DNA of 64,000 nucleotides from Octopus vulgaris (Eukaryota): NCBI GenBank assembly GCA_951406725.2, contig OX597831.1, positions 16,988,001 to 17,052,000 of the forward strand, read 5' to 3'. Shown piece by piece: positions 1 to 12,832 of this stretch (position 1 is its first letter; each line of letters starts with the position of its first letter). The notes under the pieces were generated by a model. It saw only the letters and a program-made list of their open reading frames with translations, ran no database searches and was not told where the DNA came from. The position numbers and the translations under genes were made by a program.

Positions 1-690
1 GTCAGTTTGAATGGTGAAGTTCCAGAGGATTGAGATGTGGTCACTTTCAAGTACTGGCGGTGCTTTGTGTCCCCACCAGTTTTTTTCATGGGGCAAATCC
101 AGGTTTTTGCAGATTACCCGGTGAATATATTGTGCAGCTCTATCATGCCTGTTGAGATACTCTGTAGGCGCTAGAACACTGCACTTGGAGGCATGATCAA
201 TGGTTTCATTTTGTTATTGACATACACAACACATTGGGAAACTGCCGTTCTTTAATATGTTGACCTCGTAGATCCTTCTAGGTTGGCATTGATCTTGACC
301 TGCTATCATAAACTTTTCTGTTTCATATTTCAAACCAGAAGTCATTAGCCATTGATGAGAAATGGTTTTGTCAACATCGGCATTATTCGGTCTCTTTGGG
401 TATTTGCCATTGAGAGGTTTTTCTTGCCATTTATCAATCAGACTATCTAAGGCAGCATTTTTAGGACGGGTTTTCATGCGCTTAGTTTTTCTGCGTTTGT
501 TTCTAGTATGTCTAATTCCGAAATATGTTGTTATCGGAATCCACTTTGTTATTCCTTTGCCTGTTTTGTTTCTGAGTATGATGCTTTCTTGTTTTCATGT
601 TTTAAGACACGTTTCAACATCCTGTCCCCAGAGATTTTCAGGGAGGTGTCTAGGCCAATTGTGACAATCTTCATTGTAAATACCATTGGT
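1..690 (-). mobile_element. R4/Dong-type RLE retrotransposon fragment (family B)
   Basis: WQEKPLNGKYP...QWLMTSGLKYETE...QDQ...CxxC; near-identical to 19630-20310; ends at (TTC)n 691-793. Confidence 0.85.
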
Positions 691-831
691 TTCTTCTTCT
701 TCTTCTTCTTCTTCTTCTTCTTCTTCTTCTTCTTCTTCTTCTTCTTCTTCTTCTTCTTCTTCTTCTTCTTCTTCTTCTTCTTCTTCTTCTTCTCCTCCTT
801 GTTGTTATTATTATGATTATTATTATTATTG

Positions 832-1167
832 AGTGAGAGAGCAGTGCATGCCATCAAAGTGACACTAGGATAAAATATACGAAGCCCAGTATACCCATCA
901 TGACTACCCGTCTGATAAGGGTACTCCAGGCACATGCATCACAACCATATGTGCGCGACATGGTGATCTCATTTCAAGATAAACAGCACATGACCTTGAA
1001 GGTGGGGCCCAGTTAGAATTTTCTTCTGGTCGAGTAACCCATCCCGCTCAAAAGGTCCTTGAATAAGGGTTGTTTAAGGATGTTGAATGAAACACCTATG
1101 CTTCCAGAGGTGAATTATTCAAACTCCATAGAACCCCTCTGAACACATGGCTATGATGCTCCTCCAC

Positions 1168-1168
<1 letters not shown>
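832..1168 (-). mobile_element. ~340-bp non-coding element embedded in (TAA)n (putative SINE-like non-autonomous element)
   Basis: GC-richer island with no credible ORF, bounded on both sides by (TTA)n; on the minus strand it ends gcactgctctctcactc-(AAT)n. Confidence 0.5.
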
Positions 1169-1220
<52 letters not shown>

Positions 1221-1252
1221 GTTGTTATTATTATTATTATTATTATTATTAA

Positions 1253-1324
<72 letters not shown>

Positions 1325-1351
1325 CATCATTATTATTATTATCATTATTAT

Positions 1352-1490
1352 TGTTAGCTTTCCACAGCTTCTAACGCTGGAGATGTACTAATGTGTCAGC
1401 TGTTCACTACCAGTGAACTTCCGAAGTATTCGAACTTTTCCAAGCAGTGGTGTTTTCTGCAAGTGCTCCACCATTATTGCAGCCCCCGCC
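1352..1490 (-). mobile_element. Extreme 3' end of a third RLE retrotransposon family
   Basis: Minus strand translates GAAIMVEHLQKTPLLGKVRILRK, homologous to QKIALLGTAHILRR, followed by a short UTR and (TAA)n. Confidence 0.65.
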
Positions 1491-1516
1491 TATATTATTA
1501 TTATTATTATTATTAT

Positions 1517-2341
1517 TCAGTAGTTTTATTTTTATAGCGTGCTTTCACTTCACTACCGAGCGCAGCTCTGTGTGCCTTGGGTATGTGCTGTGATTTGTTG
1601 TGATGCCCTGATGGTTATTGTAAGGAAAGTGTTCTGCGTAGGATGTGTGCAGTGCCTAGTAGTGCAATTTTCTGTATGATATATGTGTTTGTAAGTCCTG
1701 GTGTTTTTGTTATGTATTTGTCTGAATGTTTTTTTATCATGCCTAATGCACCTACTATGATAGGAATTGTTTCTGTTTTTAGATTCCACATTCTGTTTAC
1801 CTCTATTTCCAGGTCTTTGTATTTTGAAAGTTTCTCCATTTCTTTAAGAGACACGTTGTCATCTGCCGGTATTGATACATCAATTAGAAAGCATTTTTTT
1901 CTTCATGATCTCTGACAACTATATCTGGTCTGTTGGCCTTAATTTCTCTAACTGTGTGTATCGGCATATCCCAGAGTATGGTTGCTTTCTCGTTTTCCGT
2001 GACCTTTTCTGGTGTGTGCCTATACCATCTTTTTTCTGTTGTTATTCCATAATGTTGGCATAGCTTCCAATGTATGTAGGTTCCAACTCTGTCATGTCTG
2101 TGAATATATTCCTTCTTAGCCAGGACTGGGCAGCTAGAGATAATATGATTTATTGATTCTTGTCCATCTCCACATATTCTGCAGTTACTTGTAATATTTC
2201 TTTTCCTTACATGTTTTTGGTAATTTCTGGTGGGGAGGCTTTTAAAAAATTGTGCTGCAATTAAAAATCCCTCTGTTTCTGCTCTGAGTCCTGAGTTTCT
2301 CAACCATTGCTGGGATTTTTCTTTGTCTGTTTCATTTGCGT
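1517..2341 (-). mobile_element. 5'-truncated R4/Dong family A copy
   Basis: CRICGDGQESINHIISSC, RHDRV, NRPDIVV (PD..D endonuclease), KLSKYKDL; (TAA)n on both sides. Confidence 0.9.
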
Positions 2342-2371
2342 ATTATTATTATTACTTTTATAATTATTATT

Positions 2372-3105
2372 CCTTCTTTCTCCAAATTTTATAGCTTTTA
2401 TAGTTTTCTCGGTATGTACGAGGAAGTCGACACATTTTCTAACTCAGTAACATGTCCTGGATGTTTTTTATACCATTTGTCAGCGGTTTTGATTTTATAG
2501 TGTCGATATATTGTCCAGTGGAAATGCTGGCCGGCTCTGTCATATCTTGCTTGATATTCTACAGGTGGTAAGACTCTACACCCTGAGATTAGGTGGTCTA
2601 AACTTTCAATCGCATCGTTACAGAATCGGTATTTTTCGTCAGCTCCATTTTTGTCACATTGGCTTGGTAGTTCCGGGTAAATAACCTTTGGTCTTGAGCA
2701 GCTAATATGAAACCTTTGGTCTTGAGCAGCTAATATGAAACTTTTTTAATAGAAGTTAATTCTGCATCTGTGGCTCTGACATTTCTGAAGATATCTATTC
2801 TAACAATTGCTAATCTGTTTTCATCTAGATTTGATCTGCTAGCTGGATTCTGGCTCCTCCAAATTCTGTAGGAGATTGCGGTGTATTTGGGAAGGCTTAC
2901 TTAATGCAAAGTAATAATCGTATATTACTTCTTTATATTCTTCCCGGTTACATTTAGTCATTCTACATTTTTGTTTTTGTAGTCGTTGTGGTGGTGAACA
3001 TTCGGAGCTTTATTTGGGACAAATCCCGTTTAAGTAACATTCTAGTTTCGTATTCGGAGAAGATATTCTGCCATTTGAAGATTTTTCGCAGTCATTCTAA
3101 CAGTC
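2372..3105 (-). mobile_element. Degenerate 5' ORF region of an R4/Dong-type element
   Basis: Minus strand near 2900-2968 reads RMTKCNREEYKEVIYDYYFALSKP, homologous to KRRKWTREEYISILHAYFTAV; contains a 28-bp tandem duplication at 2683-2740. Confidence 0.6.
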
Positions 3106-3202
3106 TTCTGATCATCATCATCATCATCAACATTACCACCAACTCCGCTACCTCCACCGCCACTATCACCACAACTATCTTCATCATCATCGTCATCATT
3201 AA

Positions 3203-3274
<72 letters not shown>

Positions 3275-3697
3275 AATCATTATTTTTATTACTATTATTA
3301 TTATTATTATAGGAAATAAAAGTTAATAACTTAAGAATATGAAAAGAGTTACGCAGTCTAAGAAACAAAGGATATTATTCATAGCAATATTTCTACATAA
3401 AAACTGCAATATAAATGATCATGTATAAACAGATACCAATGAACTTAAATTTAAATTTAATAAATAACATATATTGATATAAACAAAAGAAATTCTAATT
3501 AATGAATACAATCTTGTATGAACAAGATTAATAATTACATATAATTAAATATATTTTTGCCTACCAATATCTCTCGATCTATCTATCTCTGTATATCTTT
3601 TGATAAATATACATATATACACACATATATATATGTGTGTGTATGTGTGTATATATATATACATATATATATATATACATATATATATATACATATG

Positions 3698-3758
<61 letters not shown>

Positions 3759-3759
3759 G

Positions 3760-3793
<34 letters not shown>

Positions 3794-3955
3794 ATTTGAA
3801 AACCCCACTGGAATGGGAGAAAGCGCTAATAATCCGAATGATATGATCTGAATGATATGATATATATATATATATGAACAAATGTAATATATAAATAAAT
3901 ATCTATTAATATGAACCATCCGATCGTCTGATTACCTCATTTCTTCTAATATATA

Positions 3956-3997
<42 letters not shown>

Positions 3998-4000
3998 TAT

Positions 4001-4700
4001 CAGGCCATTCATAATGGAATGTCCGATTTTAAAATTTATTGTACTTTATCTCATTAAAAAGCAGTACAATTAATAAAAATAGGCAAATAAATTATTAACA
4101 CAATTTTCCGTTTTATCGGACGCCTATTTACGCGGAAAGGGAATAATTTTGAAGAGCAAAAATAGATCAAGTAACGAAAGGGATTTTTGGAACTATTTTT
4201 ACTAGCAAATAGTTGTATTACGCAACGCAAACGTCATAGTCATTTGGTGCAAGTCTGGATGATTATCATGGAGGACCACGGAGTATCTCCATGTTTCTCT
4301 GACCTACGTAGCGTTCTCTGTACAACATGTGGCCGAGCATTGTCACGCAATGAGAATCAGCCTGCCCTAACTAATCTCGGCTGCAAGTTTATTCTTCAGT
4401 TCATCCAGGTGGTTGATGCATACACCCTCTGTAATTGCCTTAGCGTGTGTCAAGGACCTGTAGTGGATGACACTAAGGCCAAACCGCCAAACAGACACCA
4501 TTGGCGTTTATATTGGTGAATATTATTTTCTTGGATTGTTTTTTGTACTTCGTCTCTAACCAGCCACTCTGCACAATGCTTGCTATTTCATCATGTGTAA
4601 CTATATGATGCAAAAATATTTCGTTTTATGCCTTGACAGCAAAGCACAGCAACTTGGAAGACAATGTATCAATTAATGCTCGTTCAATTCGTACCAACTT
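4001..4700 (-). mobile_element. mariner transposon remnant
   Basis: Minus strand at ~4310-4355 reads LRDNARPHVVQRTL (mariner DNARPH motif); no intact ORF. Confidence 0.6.
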
Positions 4701-5029
4701 GTCCGGTTAAGATTGTCCTTGCAGATATTGAAATCTCACGGAAAGGAAACGGACAAAATGCTGCCAAGCACTTTTGCCTAGCATGCAAACTATTCCCCGT
4801 CCTTCGTAGCAGAAATAATACCAGCTATTTATAAAATGAAAATTCTTTGGTCGACACTTAGACTACATAAACAATCTCCACAAAATATACAATATTGGCA
4901 GCTGTTTTGAAAATGTATTGTATATAACATATATTGTGATTTTATATTAAATACGTTAAAAAGTATATTTGAAATATTTTAGATATATCACATTTTAGCA
5001 TTATCTCGCAATCTCTTTTTTTCTTTTAG

Positions 5030-5627
5030 TCGATTAAAAGCTTTCATGATTTGTTACGCTAGGAAAAATACTGCGTGTGCCTCAGCGATCAGACAAATGG
5101 CATACAGACGTCTCTGTGGTATGACATTTTAATTACTTACAATAAAATTTCGAGAAATGTTGTATAAGATGGAATATCATGCAGTAATAATTATTGCACT
5201 GAGAACGGATTCCAGATTATAGTGACTGTAAATATTACCTGAAATTAAATACGTATTTAAGAATTCATACGCAGTTAGCCATTTGAACAATCACGGCAAC
5301 TGAACTTATTATCACAGTTTTATAAAGTAAATGTCATTAAGCGATATCTGTTTGCTCAGTCGTTTCCATAATGAAACAAATATATTCTTAACTTTCAAAT
5401 TTATCAAATATGAAGGAATGAAGTAGAGAGAGAACACGGAAAGTTATGTAACAAATTGTCGCATTAGGTATTTGAAATTTAATGAGGCATTGCTTGGAAA
5501 GCCATTCTTCAGCTAATAATCGGAAACTAACGGAACCCCAAACTTTCTATTAAATCTAGAGTATATGTTTAATATGAGACACAATCCGCCTCTGGGTATA
5601 TGGATATTGCGTAGTGGTGGGAAGTGA
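5030..5627 (+). CDS. Paralog A, last two coding exons (5030-5118, 5560-5627); upstream exons not found in the window
   Basis: An 89-nt exon between tttttttcttttag and gtatga encodes RLKAFMICYARKNTACASAIRQMAYRRLC, with the same length, phase and three Cys positions as exon 4 of C. The last exon encodes (E)YMFNMRHNPPLGIWILRSGGK*; its TGA and 3'UTR (tgacggaatgccgcgtcagctgatact) align with C and D. Confidence 0.75.
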
Positions 5628-6637
5628 CGGAATGCCGCGTCAGCTGATACTCGTGTATTTCAAGTAAGGATTTTATAAATTTTATAGCTATATAATTGTT
5701 GGGTTTTTTTGTCAGTTATTTAATTTTTATGTTGAAACATGAAGAAATTTCAAGAGCACTCAACGCAATACATAATCCAATAAACCTATCTAGAATTAAG
5801 TAATATCAGTGAAATATTGCATCGATCTCATTCTAATTGTGTTATATTAAGACTCTGACACCGACTTCCAAACACATCATGAAGACTGCAATATCAGACG
5901 AATAATAGAATATATCTACTTACAGTGCTTCTTTATGTATGTTTGTGTTTCTAAGTAATATATATAGTTGAAATTTACAGGAAAACGAAAGGCGAAGAGG
6001 GGTGTATAAACAGGAAGCGGTTGTATTAGTTTGATGCTAGGGAAGGTCATGACAGTCAGTCTTGTGTGTGAGTGTTTGTGTGTGAGTGTCTGTGTGTGAG
6101 TGTTACTACGCGATAGGCAGCAGAAAAGCTACCAATCACCTGCATTCTTAAAGCTACGTATTCCTCACACAAATATTTCCACGACATATTAAATGTAAAT
6201 TATTAGCATGTTCACTGCGCGTGCGCGTGTGTGGTGATTGTGTTTGTGTGTATGTATGCAAATATCTATGTATTTACTTAAGCATACATTTAACATCACG
6301 GGCATATCCGTGAATGACAGCTGTATTAGCATTACTATCCCAAATCAGCTCCCCATTTATCGCTTACACTACGCTATCCTCCACTTCCATGGTATCAACT
6401 ACACTCACTCTGCCACCACACTTATCCTAATACTAACACTCATGCACACATCCTCTTTTCTCAAAAAATATCCTTTACCCGCTTGGAAGCCCATTAAATA
6501 TTTGAAAATACAATCAGTCTATATTTGAAATGGATGTTAGATTATCAAATATTCACAGTTTTGTTGCATAGCCTTATTTGTGTAGACAGCAGGGCGGTAA
6601 CATACTGATCACAAATGAAAAAATTACCATTTATAAG

Positions 6638-6717
<80 letters not shown>

Positions 6718-7429
6718 TGTCTGTGTGTGTGTTTATGTATATATATATATATATACACATATATTGTGTTTGTGTATATGTACATAGATATATTTGAGCG
6801 CCTAAATGCCCCTCATTTGCATGATGCGTTCAAATCAGTTTGTTTAAATACATAATTCTTGTACTTGCAGATTACACCACGAAAGATGCCAATTGCTATT
6901 GTGGTTTTTACCATCTGGAGAAATAAACAATTCAATAAAGCACTGTGTTGGTATATTTCAATATCTCTGCCATATGTTCTCGCTGGTCGGATTTCCAAAA
7001 CATTTTTGTTGAAATTATGCCACTAGATTTCAATATTAGCTGTTGATAAAAAACAATTTATTTTCACACAATTTGTGATGCTTAAACATAATAACTGTTC
7101 TATCTCTAAGTATACCCAGCAAGAAATTACCTTTTGTTATTTTGCTCCCTTAACATCATAACTTGTTCTGCCTGTTTAAATAATTCATCAAGTTTATTGT
7201 ACCAAACAACGAACTATTTCATTAATAGTTTACTACGAGTGCTCCATTAACTTGTCTCCTGATCTACTTCCGTTTATTGCAAGAAACAGAACTTGTACCG
7301 GTATAATCATAAATGTCTCTACGTGTCATATTTTTAATTTAAACTTTCCGCTAGTATCTCTTCCTCTATGAAATCTTTCCTCATCTCTATTATTCTCCCA
7401 ACTACTCACTATCAGACTTTAACCTCTTT

Positions 7430-8350
7430 CCAGACAAGAGGTCTTTCTTGACAGCGGAAGAACGTTCAAGATGACGATGATCTTATTTCCAAGGTAAAAT
7501 CTTGGCACTAAACGAGGTTTTCATAGCACATTGCTCTTTTTTTTATTGTCTGGCCAGGTGGAGCACTTGATGAACACTCGATCGCTTTGTAGTCGAAGAA
7601 AAAGGTCAACAGTGTCTCCCCATTGCTTCGATTCCTTCGTTCTTTTTTCAGTCTCGGAGAGGTTGGGGTTTTCCACTGCGATGTCTAAGCTTTTGTTTCG
7701 GTGTCTGTTAAAAACTATAGACCCACGATTCATGATATGTTAAGACATGTTCTCAAAATGATTTCATCGTTCTCGGCGCTATCAAGGATATCTTCTGGAA
7801 CTGAAACACGAGTGTCATTTTAGTAAACGGAAAGTAGTTTAGACACAAACTTGGCAGACACACACGTCGGATAATTACATCTTTTGTGATATTGATTAAA
7901 AGGAACTGTAAAGAAGCTGCAAATGTTCTGATAACTCACGGATGAGGATTCGCCGATTTCACCTGGGTTTTTTCTTAGTTTAGACAGTTGCAGATCGCCC
8001 AGAACGTTCGTCAGTACAGGCATTTTTTCGGGCATCTATGAAAAGTCTGAACCACACGTCCACTTGTGTGAAGCTCATACGCTCCTCTCCATTCACTTTC
8101 TGAAAATTTGCGTAAACCTGGGAGAAGGTATTGCCAAGCTTTTGACAACATTTGGTGCAGATTTTCTGCTCACCTTTCTTTCACGCGCTGCACACATACA
8201 TTCCTAATGTAGGTGAACTAGAACGTTACAACTTAGCGTTCTTGTAGGACAGCAATCAAGGTGACCCTGTGTTAAGCTGCTACACTTTGCGTGTTTTAAC
8301 TTCGTTACTATAGCAACAGTCCGTATACTTATCGATTACATTAAGTATAT
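7430..8350 (-). mobile_element. mariner transposon remnant
   Basis: RTKESKQW resembles mariner ETKxQSKQW; terminal sequence gtccgtatacttatcgattacattaagta resembles a mariner TIR ending in TA. Confidence 0.5.
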
Positions 8351-8789
8351 GTAATGGATAAATAATCGAACCAAGTTCCAGAAGTCTAAGATATATACGA
8401 AGGACAACTATAATTTCCTTTCTAAGCATACATATTCGAAATAACATTGGACAATACTCTGTCGGCTGTATTATATATTGACTATATCAATGTCATTTGC
8501 CTATAGGTTTACATTCAAAATGGCGATTAAGTAACAGATTGCTTTGATTGCATTGCATCTTACATAACAAAGAGCAATACACTGATCTTCATGTGAAAAT
8601 TTCCCGAATGCATATAATTTATTTAGTCTTATTTAACTACTCTGTACACGAGTGGTGTATTTAAAAAAAGCATGTATATATATTGGATTATAACTGCTGG
8701 TACCTAATGTCACTATGACTAGCAGGAATGATATTAATGACAAAAGGAAGAAATATATAAATGACGTGAAGAATATTACGCAAGAATGT

Positions 8790-9605
8790 GTAACACAACC
8801 AATTCCATAGAGCCGCAACTGAAGATGCTGAAGGAAGAGCTGTGATTGGGTGATGCAAGGAACCATAAAAAGGGATCGGGAGCGCTATTCTGGCAGCGCA
8901 GTTCCAAGAATTGGACATGAATTGGAAGGCTAACCTGAGGAATGAGCAAGTGTCTCCGCTATGTCACCTCTGCAATAAAGTGGATGGAACCATTGACCAT
9001 ATAAGGAAGGAATGCTTTAGAGTTGCCCCAAACCACTACAAGTTGTGGGAACACGATCAGGTAGCGAAAGTGCTACGTTGGAAACTGTGCGAAAGGTGGG
9101 GGCTAGAGAGAGGGAAGTCATAGTAAGATCACAAACCTTAAGCAGGGGTAGAGTCGGACACTAGCGAAATTATCTGTGTTTTCCCAATCGAAACATTTCA
9201 GGTGCTAGAGCATATCAGACCGCATCTTGTGATGGTGAACAAGGTGCATCAAATGTGCTATATAGTTGCCATTTGACCCATAAATACTCTAGAAAAAAGA
9301 TGAAAATATTGGTAAATGCAACCATTGTGTGTATGATATAGTCAGGTTATGGAACATGAAGAATTGTGAGGTTTGTGCAAATTATTGCTTCGTCCATTGT
9401 AACAGTGTCGGAAGGAATCGATAGGAATAAAATGAAACTATAATAGAGTACACAGTAGAACTGTTATAACATTTTTACCACGTTGGCACGACCAGAATAA
9501 TCAGGAATAGTATTAGCTGAAATGAACGTGCAGCATGATGTTATAGGCTGCCTGTAGCAAACCCGCTACGCACGCACGCACACCTCCAGGTGCTCAAACA
9601 AAATC
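8790..9605 (+). mobile_element. Old RLE non-LTR retrotransposon 3' fragment (fourth family)
   Basis: SPLCHLCNKVDGTIDHIRKEC...HDQVAKVLRWKLC (CCHC plus RHD-like motif). A related remnant lies at ~15500-15950 on the minus strand. Confidence 0.7.
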
Positions 9606-9658
9606 TATGATAGAGAGATGATAATTATAACATCAACAACAACAATAATAACATGAAC

Positions 9659-9700
<42 letters not shown>

Positions 9701-9709
9701 TTTAATAAA

Positions 9710-9767
<58 letters not shown>

Positions 9768-9774
9768 TTACAAA

Positions 9775-10326
9775 TAATTAGGAATTCATGAACTAGATAA
9801 GACACAACACACACAAATCAAAGAGAAAATAAAAAATAATAATATTATAGACGAGTTAGATCAATCCTGAAAACAGAGCTCAATGCTAAAAACAAGATAA
9901 TAGGTATCAACACTTTAGCCATCCCAGTTATAAGTTACAGCTACAATATCTTTAACTGGACACTAAATGAACTGACCAAAATAGATGGGAAAACAAGAAA
10001 AATAATAACAAGATCTAGGATGCATCACCCAAAATCTGAAATAGAGTTAACCAGAATGTGGAATCTAAAAACAGACACAATTCCTATCATAATAGGTGCA
10101 TTAGGCATGATAAAAACATATTCAGACAAATACATAACAAAAACACCAGGACTTACAAACACATATAACATACAGAAAATTGTACTACTAGGCACTGCAC
10201 ACATCCTACGCAGAACACTTTTCTTACAGTAACCATCAGAGCATCACAACACATCACAGCACATACCCAAGGCACACAGAGCTGTGCTCGGTAGTGAAGT
10301 GAAAGCACGCTATAAAAAATATACTA

Positions 10327-10330
<4 letters not shown>
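9775..10330 (+). mobile_element. Internally deleted R4/Dong family A copy between (TAA)n tracts
   Basis: MHHPKS is fused directly to EIELTRMWNLKT at ~10040; these are ~0.87 kb apart in the full copy. Confidence 0.85.
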
Positions 10331-10401
<71 letters not shown>

Positions 10402-11600
10402 TTAGCAATCAATCTATAAAACACCTCATTATAAATGGTCATCCTATTATATGCATGGTTACAGCAGCACTGAAAATCCCTTGGAATAGGAGTTGGAAAG
10501 AGAGAGAAAGAGAGTGCCAAGAGGAAGCTGGCAGTTAAGCTCGGCATCATTCCAGGGGACGCATCTACGTACATAAATCGATAATGTGGGGAGGACTTAG
10601 CATACCTAAAATAAAGAATACTTATGAAACTTTTGAATGGAACTTCGAGAATTTGGAACTAGCAGAGCTGAGAGATAAGAATATATGAACAGCATCACAG
10701 CATTTTAAAATAAAAATTATAGTAATCTACCTATAAATCACAACATCGTATTTTCAATAAAGTATAAATTTTAAAAATCTATAAACATCTCAAAATTTTA
10801 GCAGACATAGAAGGCTTACATATTCTTGGGGAGGGCTGTTAAATGTTCTTTCTATGGTGTTATTTCTTACAGCAGAACTGAAAACGCTGTGGAAGAAGAG
10901 TAGTGAGAGAGAGGAAGAAGTAAAAGCAGGCAAACACTCACCAAAATTCCAGCGCGCGGATGAATTTATATATAGTAATCTGGATGTTTGAGAGGATCTA
11001 GCACACCTATGATATCGAAGGTTTTGGAAGGAGGGTCGACAAATCTAAAATTTAGAAATTTATAAGCAAAATCAAAAACAAAAGACAAAAATCTATAGCA
11101 TTCTACCTCTAAAACACCATGTCGTATTTAAGACGAAGGTATCTATTTAGTAAACACCACATAGTATTTAAGAAATTGAAATCTATAAACATCACGAAGT
11201 TTTGCTCATCCTATTGGGTGAATTTTGTAATATGGCCATCCTGTCGCGTGGATAATTTTAACAGCTTTCAGAAGTTATTTATAAATTTCTACATTTCAAC
11301 TAAGTTAGTTGCAACTTTTCCAAGCTCCTCTCAAAGTTTTCTTAGATTTTTAACCAACCACGCGTGAATGTAACACTACAAATCATAAACTATAACATTC
11401 AGTCTTATAAAAGCAGTTCAAAAGCACACCTATAACATCGAAATGTAAATATTTATTCCTCTGATGATATTGAGCTCAAATCACATTGATGTAAAGTTCA
11501 TCTTTGTTGATCATTTACTGGTACGGCTTTAACTGATGGTGATCAAAGTACCGTCCATAATAAATAGTTATTGACTTCCTAAACATCATTTGTTTTCTTC

Positions 11601-11649
<49 letters not shown>

Positions 11650-11650
11650 C

Positions 11651-11760
<110 letters not shown>

Positions 11761-11924
11761 ATATATCTATATATAAAATGGAGGAGTCCAGTGTAATCCA
11801 TGGGCAGGAGTGATGCAGCTGAAGTGTTGGAGAGTAGAAAGTCCAGGTACAGAATCCGTAAAAGTTCGTTGAGTGATGAGAGGAGATTGGATCACCTGCT
11901 GCGACGAATTGAGCGTGTAATATA

Positions 11925-12137
11925 TGGGGAGAATTCGCGAAAAAAAAAACAAAAGACAAAGACAGGAGGTGTAGACAACAAACAGACGTATTAATTTAAC
12001 GCTCGAGAAGTGAAAAAGTCTTTAGCGTTTCCATCCTAAGCTCTTCTACAGTAAGGAACACAGAAAGAAATGAGGGAAAATAAAGAATGGCAGTGGCTAA
12101 CGTTCTATCATGGAGATAGATCGCTAGCCACTACACA
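11925..12137 (-). mobile_element. Penelope-type terminal repeat (pLTR-like) fragment; related copies at 37815-38000 (+) and 5964-6050
   Basis: Shared sequence (ggtgtagacaacaaacag...tattaatttaacgctcgagaagtgaaaaagtctttagcgtttc). The 37877 copy has a degenerate hammerhead-like ctgcggaa-gagc-gtag-gctc-gaac. There is a short inverted end (gtggctaacg / cgctagccac). Confidence 0.5.
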
Positions 12138-12153
12138 CACACATACACACACA

Positions 12154-12229
<76 letters not shown>

Positions 12230-12254
12230 CGTATATATATGTATACATGTATAT

Positions 12255-12287
<33 letters not shown>

Positions 12288-12339
12288 CTATAGATATATA
12301 TATATATGGGTGTGTGTGATTGTGTATAGAAGAATATAC

Positions 12340-12767
12340 TAATAAAAAGAATTCCAACCTTGTCTGATTTTCACGTTTTATTTACAATCTTATAATGATA
12401 TATTATAAGATAATATATTATAATTGAATAAAATAAAATGAAATAGTAGAATGTTAAATATTCATTCTGATTGAACTAGTACTTTCATGCATTGAATTCT
12501 GCAATCTTCGGGTTCATGTAGTAGTGTTGACAGTCATGCTTCACAATTTTTGACTGTCAAAAATTGTGAAGCATGACTGTCAACACTACTACATGAACCC
12601 GAAGATTGCAGAATTCAATGCATGAAAGTACTAGTTCAATCAGAATGAATATTTAACATTCTACTATTTCATTTTATTTTATTCAATTATAATATATTAT
12701 CTTATAATATATCATTATAAGATTGTAAATAAAACGTGAAAATCAGACAAGGTTGGAATTCTTTTTA

Positions 12768-12770
<3 letters not shown>
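12340..12770. repeat. Perfect 431-bp palindrome (215-bp arms, 1-nt loop at 12555), each arm carrying a minimal hammerhead; probable inverted Penelope pLTR
   Basis: Arms are exact reverse complements around tttttgac-T-gtcaaaaa; flanked by (TA)n. Confidence 0.9.
12594..12638 (+). ncRNA. Minimal type-I hammerhead ribozyme motif (mirror copy 12472-12516, minus)
   Basis: tgaac-CCGAAGA-t-tgca(gaattcaa)tgca-t-GAAA-gtac-TA-gttca: stem I tgaac/gttca, stem II tgca/tgca, palindromic AGTACT stem III, CUA site; core is the U4C variant of CUGANGA. Confidence 0.7.
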
Positions 12771-12832
<62 letters not shown>

